Shown here: one piece after another, positions 13,555 to 26,260 of the stretch
Layout: every line of letters starts with the position of its first letter
Numbering within the stretch: position 1 is the stretch's first letter
DNA from: Geosiphon pyriformis uo1
Taxonomy: Eukaryota; Fungi; Glomeromycota
Assembly (NCBI GenBank): GCA_016748015.1
Contig: JAAOMT010000316.1
Location: forward strand, 33,886 to 97,885
DNA: 64,000 nucleotides
Direction of reading: 5' to 3'
Made by a program: the position numbers and the translations under genes
Notes under the pieces: generated by a model
Databases searched by the model: none
The model's input: only the letters and a program-made list of their open reading frames with translations
Told to the model about the DNA's origin: nothing

Positions 13555-14165
13555 ATGTTAGTCTTAAAAACACTTTATGACTTATCCATAACAATTAATA
13601 AAAGTCAAATTAATTACATCCAAAAGAAAATAACAACACCAGTAGTAAATAATTCTCAGAATTATTATCTTTATAAAAAAAAAGCAAGAAGTTATTCTGG
13701 AAATCAATTACCAGAACTTTTAAAGCAAGCTTTAAAAAAAACATTTTATTTGCCCCTATTGACATTTTACTGAATGCCACAATTCAACAAAAACTTCTGC
13801 TATTTTTCAATAAACAAAACAATAAATATACTCTTATCTATAGATATTTTTATATTAAAAAAACATTTTCTGAACAAAAACTAGAACTTGAAATAACAAA
13901 TCTTACTTCTGAAGCTATACAAAAACAAATTCACAATGAATTCAAGATAGCAGTCGGATCAACAAATACTCACTACAAACTTAAAGCTGCTCTTAGACTT
14001 TATAACTTATTTAATACTTGCAAAAATGTTTTACAAAATCCAATACTCCAACCAATGAAAATACAATACATTGGCAAATTCACAAAACTGAAATTTCAAC
14101 AATTTTCAGACCAGATTATTTCAATTATTTTGGATTATTATTTTAATATTACAGATAGTGCTTGA
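13555..14165 (+). pseudogene. Additional ORF between pol and 3' LTR, degenerate, unknown function
   Basis: ORF 13555-13773 continues after a stop/frameshift as ..EAIQKQIHNEFKIAVGSTNTHYKLKAALRLY.LFNTCK..YIGKFTK..FNITDSA*, ending just before the PPT. Confidence 0.5.
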
Positions 14166-14185
14166 ATTTTAATAGAGCTTAATCT

Positions 14186-14199
14186 TAAGAAGGAAATTA
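14186..14199 (+). promoter_or_regulatory. Polypurine tract (decayed)
   Basis: TAAGAAGGAAATTA immediately 5' of the 3' LTR TG. Confidence 0.55.
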
Positions 14200-15141
14200 T
14201 GTTACCAATAAAATTTTAGCTATTAATTAGCATAAAATTACTCTTCTAATCTTTAGTATTAATTATTATATATTATTATTATTTCAATTATTACTTATTA
14301 GTTAATCAAATTATCAAATATTATTATTCAATTAATAACCTGATTTGTATCATAGAAATTAAGATGATCAAATTAAACAATACTCTAAACTATTTAACAT
14401 AGTCAAATTCGCCAAAATTAATGAAAATTGGCCGAAATAATTAATAGTTTATAGAAATAACTTGTAGTTTGCCGAAATTATAACAAAGAGAAAAGTACAA
14501 GTTCAAAGACTAGTACTACAACAAATTGTATAAAAGAAAAGCTTCTTTCTTCAAGAAAATGTATCTTACCATAGTATTTTACTTTAGATATTTTAATTAA
14601 AACAAATTATCTCTCACACATCCTTACAAAATCAAATAAAAATTAAATATTCAAAAACCAAATTTTTAATTATTATATTTGAAATTCACAAAAACCCAAC
14701 TAATATTTTGAAATTGATTAGCTACCAATTTCAATAATCTGTTAGTGACTCCAGGTCTGAATAGAAAACGTTTCTCTTAATAGAACACTATTTTTTTTAC
14801 ATTTTTTTATTTTTTTTTATTTTTTTATTATAATTATTAAAGTAGTCTACAGATAAGATTCCTGTAGAAAAATTGACTTTTACAGCAAAATAACTACACA
14901 TTTGGTAAGCTTCCAGATAAGCAATTCCTGGAAAAGAGTTGATGTTTACTACAATGTAACTACACAAAGTAACTGGCATAGAATTGGCCATTTCACTTAT
15001 AAGTTTAGCAGTTTAAATTATAAGAGATAATTTAAAGATAAATTCAGTTATTGAAGATCCAACTACTTTCAGAAAACATGGATTCATAACCAACATGCAT
15101 TAATAACATTTAAAAAAAGAGACCAAAAAACTCTAATAACA
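14200..15141 (+). repeat. 3' LTR (~942 bp)
   Basis: Starts TGTTACCAATAAAATTTTAGC, ends AATAACA; colinear with 4558-5519, differing mostly by C/T and G/A. Confidence 0.92.
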
Positions 15142-15329
15142 ATGGTTTCTTTTGTGAATTTTTTTTTTTAGCATGGTGGTCAATTTATTTTGGCAGTTGT
15201 ATTCTTCTGATAAGCTATTTTTAAGTTTTCTATTTTTGTTTCCAGGTCTTTTACCAAGCTATCCTTAATGTTAAATACTTAATGCTTAATCTCTTTAATC
15301 AATTAGTAAACAACAAAGAAACAAAAAAA

Positions 15330-17289
15330 TAATAAAAAAAAATAATAAAAAAAATAAAAAATTAGTATTCCATCAATAGTCATAATTAAAAGCTATTGTT
15401 TCAGTGTAATTAAATATTAAATTCTATCAATCTAGAGTGTTGATAGTTTAAAAATGATTAATATTTCTTTAATCAAGTAATGATAACATGGATTGGATAA
15501 TAATAAATAATTTTATTAATATAAAAATAATTTCATTTTAAGTTATAAGAAACTATCTTTTAAAAGAAAAAATATTGTTGATTAAATTAATCTGAACTCT
15601 ATTAAATTTTTTGGAATTTTTTCATATTTTTTCTGCTTTTAATACTCTCATTATATATATATAATTTATGTTATACAAGATTTCTTAAAATTTTTCAATT
15701 TTTTGAAAAAAATTCTGGAATTCTGAAATTCTAAAATCCTGTAATTCTGGAATTTTTTTTTTACTATATCTATTTCTGATTGGCTATTTTACCTATTATT
15801 ATAATTTCTAATTTCTATAAGTAATAACGACTATTAAAATTAGTTTTTTACTACTACTATTTAAAAAAAAACATTTTGTCTAGTTGCTTTTAAAATAAAG
15901 AAAACTTCTCTAATTAAAACTTTATTAGATATTTTAGAAAAGATATTAAGTACACCTTTTTTATTTTTTATTTTGATTATAGTCATAAAGACAAAAACTT
16001 TTAGATATTAAGTACTTTAATTATTATAAAATTATTAATTTTATACAAAAATAGCTTAATATATATATTTAGTTGTTTTAAATTTTGTTTATTATTTTAA
16101 CTTTAATTTTTAAATTAATAATATATAAAACTATAGTTTTTTTACTTGTTAAATTATTAAACTATTTGAATAAAAATAAATATTAAATTAACTAATTAGA
16201 TATTAATATTTTAAATAATATAATATCAAAAAAAATTCTAAAAATATTAAAAAAATTCTAAAATACTAAAAATATTAATTTCTTAGTTTTTTTTGTTTTA
16301 TTTTCTATTTTATTGTTATTATTAAAAAAAATAGTATATTAAAATTATATTATTATAAATAGTCTTATAAAAAACACATATTATAAACATAAAATTAATT
16401 TTTTAAAGTTAAATAACTTAATATTTGATTTTTTTTGTGTATTTTAACAAATTTATTAATAAGTTTTAAAAATTATTAAATTATTAATTCTCTGTTTTTT
16501 ATACAAAATCAAACTAATACTCTTTATATTAACAAAACTTTTAAATATAACCAATATATTATAAAATTTTAAATTATAATATAGTATTTCTAGTTTATTT
16601 TAGTTTTAAATCTTAAATTTAATTTTATGTAATTTATAAGACTTTTATTTAGTATATAATACTGCACTAAAAACTTTTATAATATTTTCTAATATTGTAT
16701 AATATTAAGATATTAAATAACAAAATATTATTATTTTTAATTATATTTGCCAAATTATTGTTTTTTTATTTTTAAAATTGCTTAATTTTAATTTATGTTT
16801 TAAAAAATTTTTATTTTTTATTTAATAATATTTATAAAAATGTAATTTTTTAAAATCAACTTTAATTAACAGAATCTAATTGTAAAATTGTAATTAATAA
16901 ATATTTTTATAATTTTAATCTTAATTAATATTAATAATATTATTTTATAAACATACTTATTTAAAACATTAAAATAAGTTATAATACAAAATTTATATCA
17001 AAATTTTTGATTAATTTATTTATGTAAACACTTTTTTTATTAATTAATAATTTTTAAATTTTTATTGTTTTTAAAACTGTTAAAAATTTTAAAACTTGTT
17101 ATTAAAGAATCTGAAAGCTAACCTAATTACAACTTTTTAATATTTTTAATATTAAATCTGTACAAAATATAAGTCGAATATTTATAATTAAATAATTTAA
17201 TAAATTAATAAATCAAAATTGTAAATAAAAATGTAATTGTTTTTGTTTTTAAAATTGGTAAAAATTAATTAAAATTTACTGTATTAAAT
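15330..17289. other. Extremely AT-rich non-coding block (probable terminally mutated repeat relic)
   Basis: Very few G/C, no ORF in the track; continues at 18944-~19990 beyond the LINE insertion. Confidence 0.55.
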
Positions 17290-17300
17290 AATTTAACTAT

Positions 17301-18932
17301 TTTTTTATTTTATTTTATTTAACGAGTGAGGTCCAAACGCGACCTAGTGCTATACATCATACAAATGATCTAAACTAGGAGCAAATCATGTGCTTTCTAC
17401 ACATGACCAGTTACTTTGGTCAGTCAGGACTACACTATATACCTATATGCACAGACACCAAATCTTTAATATCCAAAAAAAATGGACAAAACTTATGAAA
17501 CCCGAAACCAACTCCAAAAGCCTTAGCCACACCCAGCAACCTAACTACACCAGCCAAAAACACCATAGGCAAACCAGAAACAAAAGCAGGAGTGGAGCCA
17601 TTACGCGGAATCAAACCACACTTTTCCATGAATGTTCAGTGTCTGGCACAGACCAACCAAATGTCATCCCGAAAAGCTAAACAGAGCCCACGAACAAAAT
17701 CCACAATCTTTCTAGCCCCAACTTTAGGATTCTTAAAAACTGAGACAGATTCATGATACCAATTATTGAAAACAAAGCCCTTAAACAGAGTGACACCAAC
17801 TTCAAATTTGGAACCACAAGTGGCCAACAGCTGTGAGACATCTGAAGAAGACTGGGACAGACCAAAAAGATCCTTCTAAGCCAAAACATGAAAGTCCAGC
17901 AATTGGGCATGACTGGTGACATCATGAGAACAATAAAAAACATGATCCAAAAACTCGACATCAGCACAATAAAAACACATAACACTGGGGTATCTCCTAT
18001 CATACAAGCGCTTTCGCACAGCAACCAGAAGCCGACAATAGAGGGCCTTTATGAAATAAGTTTGATAGCCAGCTGTACGCATACTAGTGGAGCCAGCAGC
18101 CAAGTGAGAATTGGGGTGCCACACCAGAAAAGACTTAAACCAATTAATATCAGCATGCAAACCATCTGTCACAACCTGAGAGCCAGACCCAACCTCCCAG
18201 CGAGCATGATGAACCAAACAGAAAACATCATAAACAAAGCGTCTAGGATTACCAGAAACCGCAGCACTACCCGCCTTCAGAAAACGTTCACCGACCAAAT
18301 GAGGCATGCGCCAAGTAGAAAAAGCAGTTTTCTTGGCAAGTGCATCAGCACGTTCATTGCCTGAGATGCCTGAATGACTCCTAATCTTAATCCAATTCAC
18401 TCCTAAATTCTTGTGACAAATGACATTAGCTATGTGATGGCACTCAATCCAACAACGGTTTCTAAAATCCGGATGGACCAACAAAGACTCCAACTTGTAC
18501 ACATCCAAAACAGCCTAACTGTCCAAAAACAAGTCAACCAAACAAAAAGAGAGAACAAACTCAAGAGCCAAAGCAATTGCCTGCAATTCCGTCAGAGTAG
18601 AAAAAACCAAACCAAACACCCCAACACCCAAACCTGAGTCAATGTCTTCAAAGAAAATGGCAGCATCCACCTTCACATCAACAGTGCCCAGACCACTCAA
18701 AGACCTGTCCATATACACAGACAGGTGAACAGCATCGACGGTCAGCAAAGCATTGCAAACCACACCAAAATCATGAGACCGACGAACATCAGAATTAGCA
18801 CAATCTTCCACAAGGGAAGGACAAATAGAAGGAGGAACAGCACCACCAAGAAAGTGAACTGAGAGATCAAACCACAGGGGGACTGGGCCACGAGGGTCCA
18901 GCCTCTTCCAACGCTTGAAAGTTCCCCAACTA
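17301..18932 (-). mobile_element. 5'-truncated non-LTR retrotransposon (LINE) fragment with RNase H and C-terminal CCHC finger
   Basis: Minus ORF pieces: VYMDRSL..TELQAIALAL..LFLDS and WIKIRSHSGISGNERADALAK (RNase H), CFYCADVEFLDHVFYC (zinc finger); ORF ends at 17435. (TAAAA)n/A tail at 17301-17321; 11-bp TSD AATTTAACTAT (17290-17300) / AATTTAGCTAT (18933-18943); sharp GC-rich island. Confidence 0.88.
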
Positions 18933-20044
18933 AATTTAGCTATATGTTAATTTAAATTAGGTTTAATAAATATATTGCTATTATTATTATTAAAAACAAA
19001 AAAAACCATTTTTTACAACTAAATTATAATTAAAATCATAATTAGTACAGTATAATAAAATTAATAAAAATACTAAAAAAACCCAATATTTTATTTTTTA
19101 AAAAAAAAAACAGATTTAAATTAAAAGTATTATTAATACCAATTATAGTATTCAAATTTTTTTGGCTATAAATAATAATTTTTTTTATTTTAAACAATAA
19201 TATTAATAGCATATTTGTTAAAATTAGATGAAATTAATATATCACAATATTGTTTAATATATTAAATTTAATTTATAATAAAATATTAATATTAAGTTTA
19301 ATATTTAACAAAATTACAAAATATATATGTAAGTTAATTTCTTATAGCAAAAATTTAAGTTATATATTTGTAAAATATGTGTTTTTTGTTTTTTAATTAA
19401 TATAACATTATTTTAATATAAGTCTAAATAACTAATTATATATTAAATCTACATAATTTACATTTATAGTTATAATAATTTGGTAAATTAAAATAAACAA
19501 TAAAAGAATTATACTTTGTTGAGACATAATAAATAATTTTAATAATAATAAAGTTTAAATACTAAAAAACACAGCAATAAAAACATAAATTTATTAAATT
19601 TTAAGTATTTTAACATATTGTTTAAAATTAATAAATTAGTTTATAATTATATGCTTAAATTAATATTATTAAATTTAAAATTTTATGCAAAAAAATAATA
19701 TAAAATTTTTTTTTAAAAATTTATTTATTATGTTAAAAACTAATAAATTAATTAATTTATTAAAATTTTGTAAAAAAAAATTAATATTATTATAAAACAA
19801 TTTATATATTACAATAACTTAAAAATAAAAATTAGTTATTTATATATATTTTAATTAAAAAATAAAATTGACATTTTTACAATTAAATCAAAAAACAAAA
19901 AGCCCGGTTTGTTTTTTGTTTATAACTTTACATTAATAAAGTTGCTAATAGCACAAGTTTTTATAATGAAAGATTAAAATAAATATATTGCTTATATATA
20001 AAAATACATTATTGTAAAAGTCTTGAGTAGTCCAAATGTTTAGT

Positions 20045-21230
20045 TATGTAAAAAAATTCCTGATCAATCGAAAAGTCGAATGCCTTTTCCAAATCGTAAT
20101 CGTAACGCTCGAGTGCATCCACCGACTGCTCTCGGGTAAATCCCATTGATTTCTACGCCCTTCACTATCACTATCCTCGCCTATTTTACTGGATGTCACC
20201 CCTAAATCCCTAGGAGGTAATTTTAGTACTGTTCTAAATGATGATAGTTATTAATGGTGTTTTATTTCTTTTTGGTGGCTTATAAAATTTAGAAAAGGTA
20301 TCGTCAAATCCAAATGAATCAGTGGTTTCGGTTTTATTGGAAGCTAGTGGTGAAAAACTGGCCTTAAAAGCTAAATTAGGCTTTGAGGATTTAGATGTTG
20401 GGGGTATATTTGTAGTCGGAATATTGGTAGAAAATTTAGGCAAAAGACTTGCTAGTTGCTTTTTATTATTGCCAATAAGCCTTTCTGATGTCTGAAATCA
20501 TTTTTCAATTTCTCAATCTTGCCTCGATGGCAACTATTTCTTAATCATTAAATTGCCTCGTTTTCATTGGAGCCTGCATTTCTTTAAAGTTCTTCAAAAT
20601 TCCAGAATTTAACTGTTCTTTTTCCAGTTATAGACTTGCCAAGGAATGTTCAACCAGGGAAAACTTAGCTCTTAACTTTTCAACTTCTTCGCGCTCTTTT
20701 CTAGTTAACCTCGATCTTTTGCATTACCTTGATCTTAGCATATAGATCCCATAATTGTGTGATGTGCAATGTTATATCTTGTTTTTGGGTCTTTAATGAT
20801 GCCAGATTATTTTCCAACTGGATTCTTTTCGTTTTTAAATCGGATGTGGGGCTATTCAGGTTTATAGCCTAGGTTTCAAGCCTTCGAATTTCACCATTCT
20901 CAATAGCTATCTGGGTATCAATATCGGGATCACCAAAGAAATCAAGCTCATTTGACTCTGATTCTTTAGTAATTCAAAAGAATCAAACTTTTAGTCTATT
21001 AAAAAAGCAATGTTCTAAAGCCTATATTCTGTACATACTTTAAATCTTATTGATCGCAGTCAACGAAAACGAAGGAGGAGAGAAAACAACGTGTATTGAA
21101 CCAAAAAAAAGATCACTCGAGCTATACAGGTGACTTGAAGACGTTCGGAATTGAAGTCATCCCGATCTAGTGCTGTGATTAGTTACTTTGTGGACCTTTG
21201 CAATTTAGGAAAACTGCTCGCTATAGCTTC
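20045..21230 (-). pseudogene. EDE1: Ede1/Eps15-like endocytic adaptor pseudogene fragment (coiled coil + C-terminal UBA; EH domains not seen)
   Basis: LDFFGDPDIDTQIAIENGEIRRLET*AINLNS..KRIQLENNLASLKTQKQDI resembles the Ede1 coiled-coil start. SMGFTREQSVDALERYDYDLEKAFDF at ~20070-20150 is a UBA domain. In-frame stops and frameshifts; a GTATGT..TAG intron at ~20997-21038. Confidence 0.7.
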
Positions 21231-21982
21231 GTAATGATAAAATAGTCCAAATATTAAGTTTAATATTTTATGTCAGAGGAATTTCCGCTAATTTATTGAT
21301 GTATAAAGATTTTTGTAGTTAAAGGTAAATTTCGGAATGAGAATATTTTAGCCAATTTAACATATTTAAAATTTTAATAAGGCTATTAGAAAACCATTTT
21401 TGCTCTTTGTTGTAATAATCAAAATTGTAAATTAAGATAATATACTAAAACTGCATAGATGATTATTCATTCTTCAACTTACCAATTCTTTTATAAACAT
21501 ATTTATATAAAATGAAAGTCTGACACTTTATTAATAAAACAATATTTAAAATTCATTAATGATTTCTATTCTTTAAATAATTGCTAATTATTAATTTAAT
21601 AAAACTATTTTTTATTTTGACAAATCCAATATTTTCGCTTTGGCAAATTAATTTATTAGCCGTTATTAATATATTTTTTACTGTATTATATGTATATATA
21701 ATATTATTTAAAGAGCTATAAATAGAAATAGATTATTTTAATCAAAATCATGAAATTTTTGACATTAAATACAAAATAATTTCTAAATGTGAATTATATT
21801 ATTTAAATTAAACTTGTTATTTATGATATACTTTAAGAAATATTATACTTGGTATTAAATAAAATCTCTGTTGGGAACGATGTGTCAAAATAAGGTAGCT
21901 TGTGCTACCAAATTTAAATTGTTGATCCTTAATCATTTTTATACATGATCAAAAAGTCCCTGTTACATTTTCTTCCCTAACA

Positions 21983-23287
21983 ATGATTATCTTCAAAACA
22001 TTAATTTATCTGCATAATGTTTGCACGAACGGTTACAACCCTTTCGCGAGAAATCTAAATCATCGACGCTTTATGGCCTCTATAGTATCCTTACCGCTGA
22101 CAAACTCAAAAAGCAAGAACTGTAGAAACATTAATGAGGTTTATACAAAACTAGAAGAAAACGGTAAAAGGTGATATATAATATCTTGCTTAGGTTTGAG
22201 TAAAATTTTTCACCTTTTGAATCCTATTAACTAGAAGAGATCTCTAAAAATTTAAATGATAGCAAGGAACAAAATAAAGAAAAAAATACACTTGAACGAA
22301 CCTCACTTTTAATCAAAGAAGAAATTGATACCCTTTTCATTGCTATTGAGATGGGTGTATTGAACTATATTCCCAAAGAAAAACTCCTTTCAAATCCATT
22401 GAGAGGAAAACAAATAGGGCAAAGGCAATGAACTATAATAGAAGATGAAATATTACGACTAAGCATCAAAGAACTTGGGACTTGCGATTCGAGAAAAATT
22501 TCAAATCTTCTTTTAACAAGGAGCCCAAATAGGGTGGCTACTCGATGGAAAAAAATTGCATATAGCAAAAAACATGGCAAATGGAGTAAGGAAGAGGATT
22601 TGGCTCTTCGAGAATTGTTAAAAAAAAGAAAGTCCGAATTGGGTAAATTTTTCAAAGGTCCTCTACCGAAGTCCCAAAAGTATTTCGAAACATTCATGAA
22701 TTTTAGCATTTTTATATCCTGAATCTACTGGAAATAAAAGACAAAATATTGTCAAAAGAGAAAATGAAACGAATGATATGAGGAAAAATCATCGATCCGG
22801 GGACAACATTAGAAATCTTGCGACACAGAAGGGTATCAAACTACCACGGATACACTGGAGTCATCAAGAGAAGGAAGCTTTGCGCAAAGCATATCTTAAA
22901 TTTGGCAAAAATTGGCAGAATATTTCAAATGCTCTTGTGACCAGAACCCCCGCAAGTTGCTATCTGTTTTACTATGTACATTTTTCAGGTAAAATAATTG
23001 TACCAAAAATTTGATATTCTTGTTCTAAGATTTTTTTGTTTAGGTTGCTCAAGCGAAATGTGAAGACACGCATTTGGAGTGATGAAGAAATTTATAAACT
23101 AAAAGCCTTGCTTAAACCTGGCCGAAATAAATGGATACAAATTTCTAAAGCGATCGGCTCTAAAAGTCCCCGACAATGTTTTTCTTTTTATAAAAGACTT
23201 ATGAAAACGAAACTTAATAAAGTTTGTTTAATTAGTGACATACATAAAGCATTATCAGTATTAATAAAAAAAATACACTTCTTATAA
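21983..23287 (+). pseudogene. Multi-repeat Myb/SANT gene, disrupted
   Basis: Repeats Q*TIIEDEIL..TRSPNRVATRW, GKWSKEEDLAL, HWSHQEKEALRKAYLKFGKNWQNIS, WSDEEIYKL..WIQISKAIGSKSPRQC. TGA replaces the Myb Trp at 22429; frameshift in the A-run at ~22620-22630. Confidence 0.8.
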
Positions 23288-24789
23288 TCAATATAAAATA
23301 ATTGAAGCTGTATCACTTTGAAATTATATGAAAGAATGGGATCAGAATTGAATTCAATATTTAAAACATATTTATTTAGATCAAGGTTTAAGCTTGAGGA
23401 AATCAAATCCAGGTGAACTTTATTTTTTGGAAATGTAATTGGTATTAATTAATAGAATAATAAAATATTTTAAGAATAAGACAATAAAAAATGATGACGA
23501 ATTATTCAATTAGCAGAAAAGCTAATTTATCAACGGAAGGTAAACTATTGATTTCATTTGTTAATTGTGCTGGTTTTAGATTTTGAGTTAATTATTAAAG
23601 CCATTTGGAATGAAGCAATGAAAGAATTTGGTTTTCTTATTCACCTTATATCTCTCAATTGTTGAAATCTGATAAAATATATGATCAAAATAACTTTACT
23701 GTTTTGAGAATTCTCATTTCACATCAGTGGCAATTTCAATACTTTCCTCAAATTCCGTCGGTCATAATGTATATATAGCAGTCCCTTATGTAAACAGGTA
23801 GGTTTTAAATTAAGCTGAACGAATAGAATCAACTCCGAATCTATCCTCGAAACATATTCTACACTTTTCCTGTCAACTCATTCTTGAAATTTCCGCTCTT
23901 TTGTTTTTTCATCTATTCGTATGACCCAATTAGCGTTTTTTTTATACTTTAAATCTGATTCTATGAAATATTTACTAAAACATTGCTCATTTGATAAGAA
24001 AATTTAAGAAATTTCTTTATTCACCTTTTAGATAGATAATTTCGATTTAAAAATTGAAAGTAGCATTTTCAGACTCATTTCCTTTTTTATAATCAATTTT
24101 AACTATGTTGTGTACAACTCTTATAAAAAAATTAAGAAAAACATTTATAAAATATACTAATTAATTTAAATAGTTAAAACTATAAAAAACAAACCATGTT
24201 TTAGATTGGTTAATTTTTTTCTTTTTTCTGCAAGTTGTTTCGATAATTTTTTTGAATATGATCATAGTGAGTTCAAAATACCAGCTTTTTCATTTACTTA
24301 TTCTTAAAATGTAAACGTGAATAGTTAAAACTAACTAATTCTTGATGAATTTTACAATTCATCGCTTATATCAAATTTTTTAGCACTTTATATGGAAAAT
24401 CTATTTTTGAGTATACAATACGTGGTAATCTTGGAGCTTGTATTCCATAGTATGAACTTGCAATGATAAAAGATATCGTAAAAAACGACTCGAATGGGCT
24501 AAAATTGGACATCAAAAATTGAAGAAAAGTTTTCTTTTGCAACGAGAGCATTTTCAACAAGAATTAATAGAAAGATGTGGCCCACAATATTTACAAAACA
24601 GATTAAAAAAATTCAACGAAAAACTTTTGGTATTCTTCTCAAAGCAAAAGTTGGCAACTACTATAAGACAAGTCAAATGTTTTTACCTATTCCAATTTAC
24701 TTTGGGGAACTTATTTGGTGATTTGTGTGCTTATATGATGCGCGAGATAGTTATAAATTATGAAAATTATTATAAGTAATATAAACCTT

Positions 24790-25740
24790 GATGTTTAAGA
24801 ATGTCAATATTACATCGGAAAGAATGAAGAATCATTGTAGTGCATGCTAATTTTTACAAAGAATTTTCAAGCGGCAATAAAGTAGTTGATGAATCCAATA
24901 TTACTGAACATTCAATTTTAAAAGTTAAATATACAAAAGTCTATGTTTATTCCAAGGATTGTTTCAATAAAGTAATGATTGCACGGGATATAGCTGATGA
25001 TCTTTCCGAAATTCATTCAGCGGGTATGGTTCATTGTGACCTACATCCTACAATACGAAGAAAGCTTTATAAGTATTAGAGACCTCGGATTATGTCAATC
25101 TATAAACGATGAAATAACAGAAGGGAAAAAAACAATATATAGAGTTTATTCCATACATTCCACCAGAAGTTTTAAGATTAGAAAAGTTAACAACGGCTGG
25201 TAATATTTATAGTTTAGGAATGGTATTATAGAAATTGACAATAGGAAAGACTCCCTTTCATGATTATTTTATTATAACCTTCTTGTGATAAACATTTTAA
25301 ATGAGAAAGACCTGAAATTACCTTCCCACTTATCCCACCCTGTTACGCTGAACTCCTTGAAAAGTGTTGGAACGCTAATCCTGAGGATCATCTTACTGCA
25401 TTAGAGGTTTACAATAGAGAGTTCTGAGAAGTTATAGTTTTAGAAATCGGATAAACTTGTAGAGGAAATTTTGAAAAACAATGAGGCAACAAAATTTTCG
25501 GAATATATTCAACTCCTTGAAAAACTATAAACACAATGAAGTGATAAATTCCTTAGCAAAATCCTCGATAAATATTCATTCAAGAGCAGTTTATACAAGC
25601 CGACTTTTAACTGCTCAAAAGGTTAAATTTTTCAACATGTTTGTTAATTTATTTTATAGTGTTAAATTTCAAAGATTGTTTTTTAGTTTAACTAATATTT
25701 TAAATTTTATCCTAACTTTATGAATTCCTAATTTTAAAGA
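24790..25740 (+). pseudogene. Tyrosine-kinase-like protein kinase pseudogene
   Basis: IARDIADDLSEIHSAGMVHCDLH, DLGLCQ, IPYIPPEV, AGNIYSLGMV, KCWNANPED, HSRAVYTSRLL; multiple frameshifts and stops. Confidence 0.85.
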
Positions 25741-25974
25741 CTTAATCTTTCTCCCTGAAGGTAAAATTTAAATATACTCTATTTATGGTTAACGGTTTTT
25801 TACTATATATAATATTTGGAAAACTGAAATGACACTCAATAGATCTAATCATTATCGGGGATCTTGTATTCTCACTTTATATCACAATCTTAAAATGCTT
25901 TATTAGGTTGATTCTTTAATATACTTTATATTTCAAATTTAACCCAATAATCAAAGAAGTTTTTTAATATTATA

Positions 25975-26260
25975 CAAAGACCTTGTAGTAAAATTTTCTC
26001 CTCTTAAAACTTCTGGCGGTATATATGGACCACTTCAAAGTACTCCTTTTTTTTGGTGTTTCCTTGTTCGCAAGTTAACTCAATCCAAGGTCGCCAATTA
26101 GTGTAGTATCTTTATTAAGTTGTAGAATGCTGCCCGAGTGTAGCTCACGATGAACGATACTAGCAGAATGAATTGTATCAAGTCCAGAAGCGATATTTTT
26201 TTACTAAACATAATTTAGCATGCCAACGAAGAGAATGATAAATATTTCTGCAATAATGAG
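25975..26260 (-). pseudogene. Tyrosine-kinase-like kinase fragment
   Basis: NIASGLDTIHSASIVHRELHSGSILQ..IGDLGLS*..PYIPPEVLRGE on the minus strand. Confidence 0.8.

Larger units (their letters stand above)
4558..15141 (+). mobile_element. Full-length degenerate Ty3/Gypsy LTR retrotransposon with dUTPase
   Basis: Two homologous TG...CA LTRs, a PBS-like TGG tract after the 5' LTR and a purine tract before the 3' LTR. Domain order gag-PR-(Cys-rich)-dUTPase-RT-RH-IN is Gypsy-type. Candidate 4-bp TSD ATAG (4554-4557) / ATGG (15142-15145). Confidence 0.93.

Noticed and set aside
17390-18637. Plus-strand ORFs 17390-17680, 17888-18364, 18413-18637
   Set aside because: Antisense shadows of the GC-rich LINE ORF; no recognisable motifs.
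22429-22431. TGA at a conserved Myb Trp position, suggesting TGA=Trp recoding
   Set aside because: The same gene has a frameshift; intact paralogues use TGG for Trp, and A2/A4 end in TGA. A G>A nonsense mutation is simpler.
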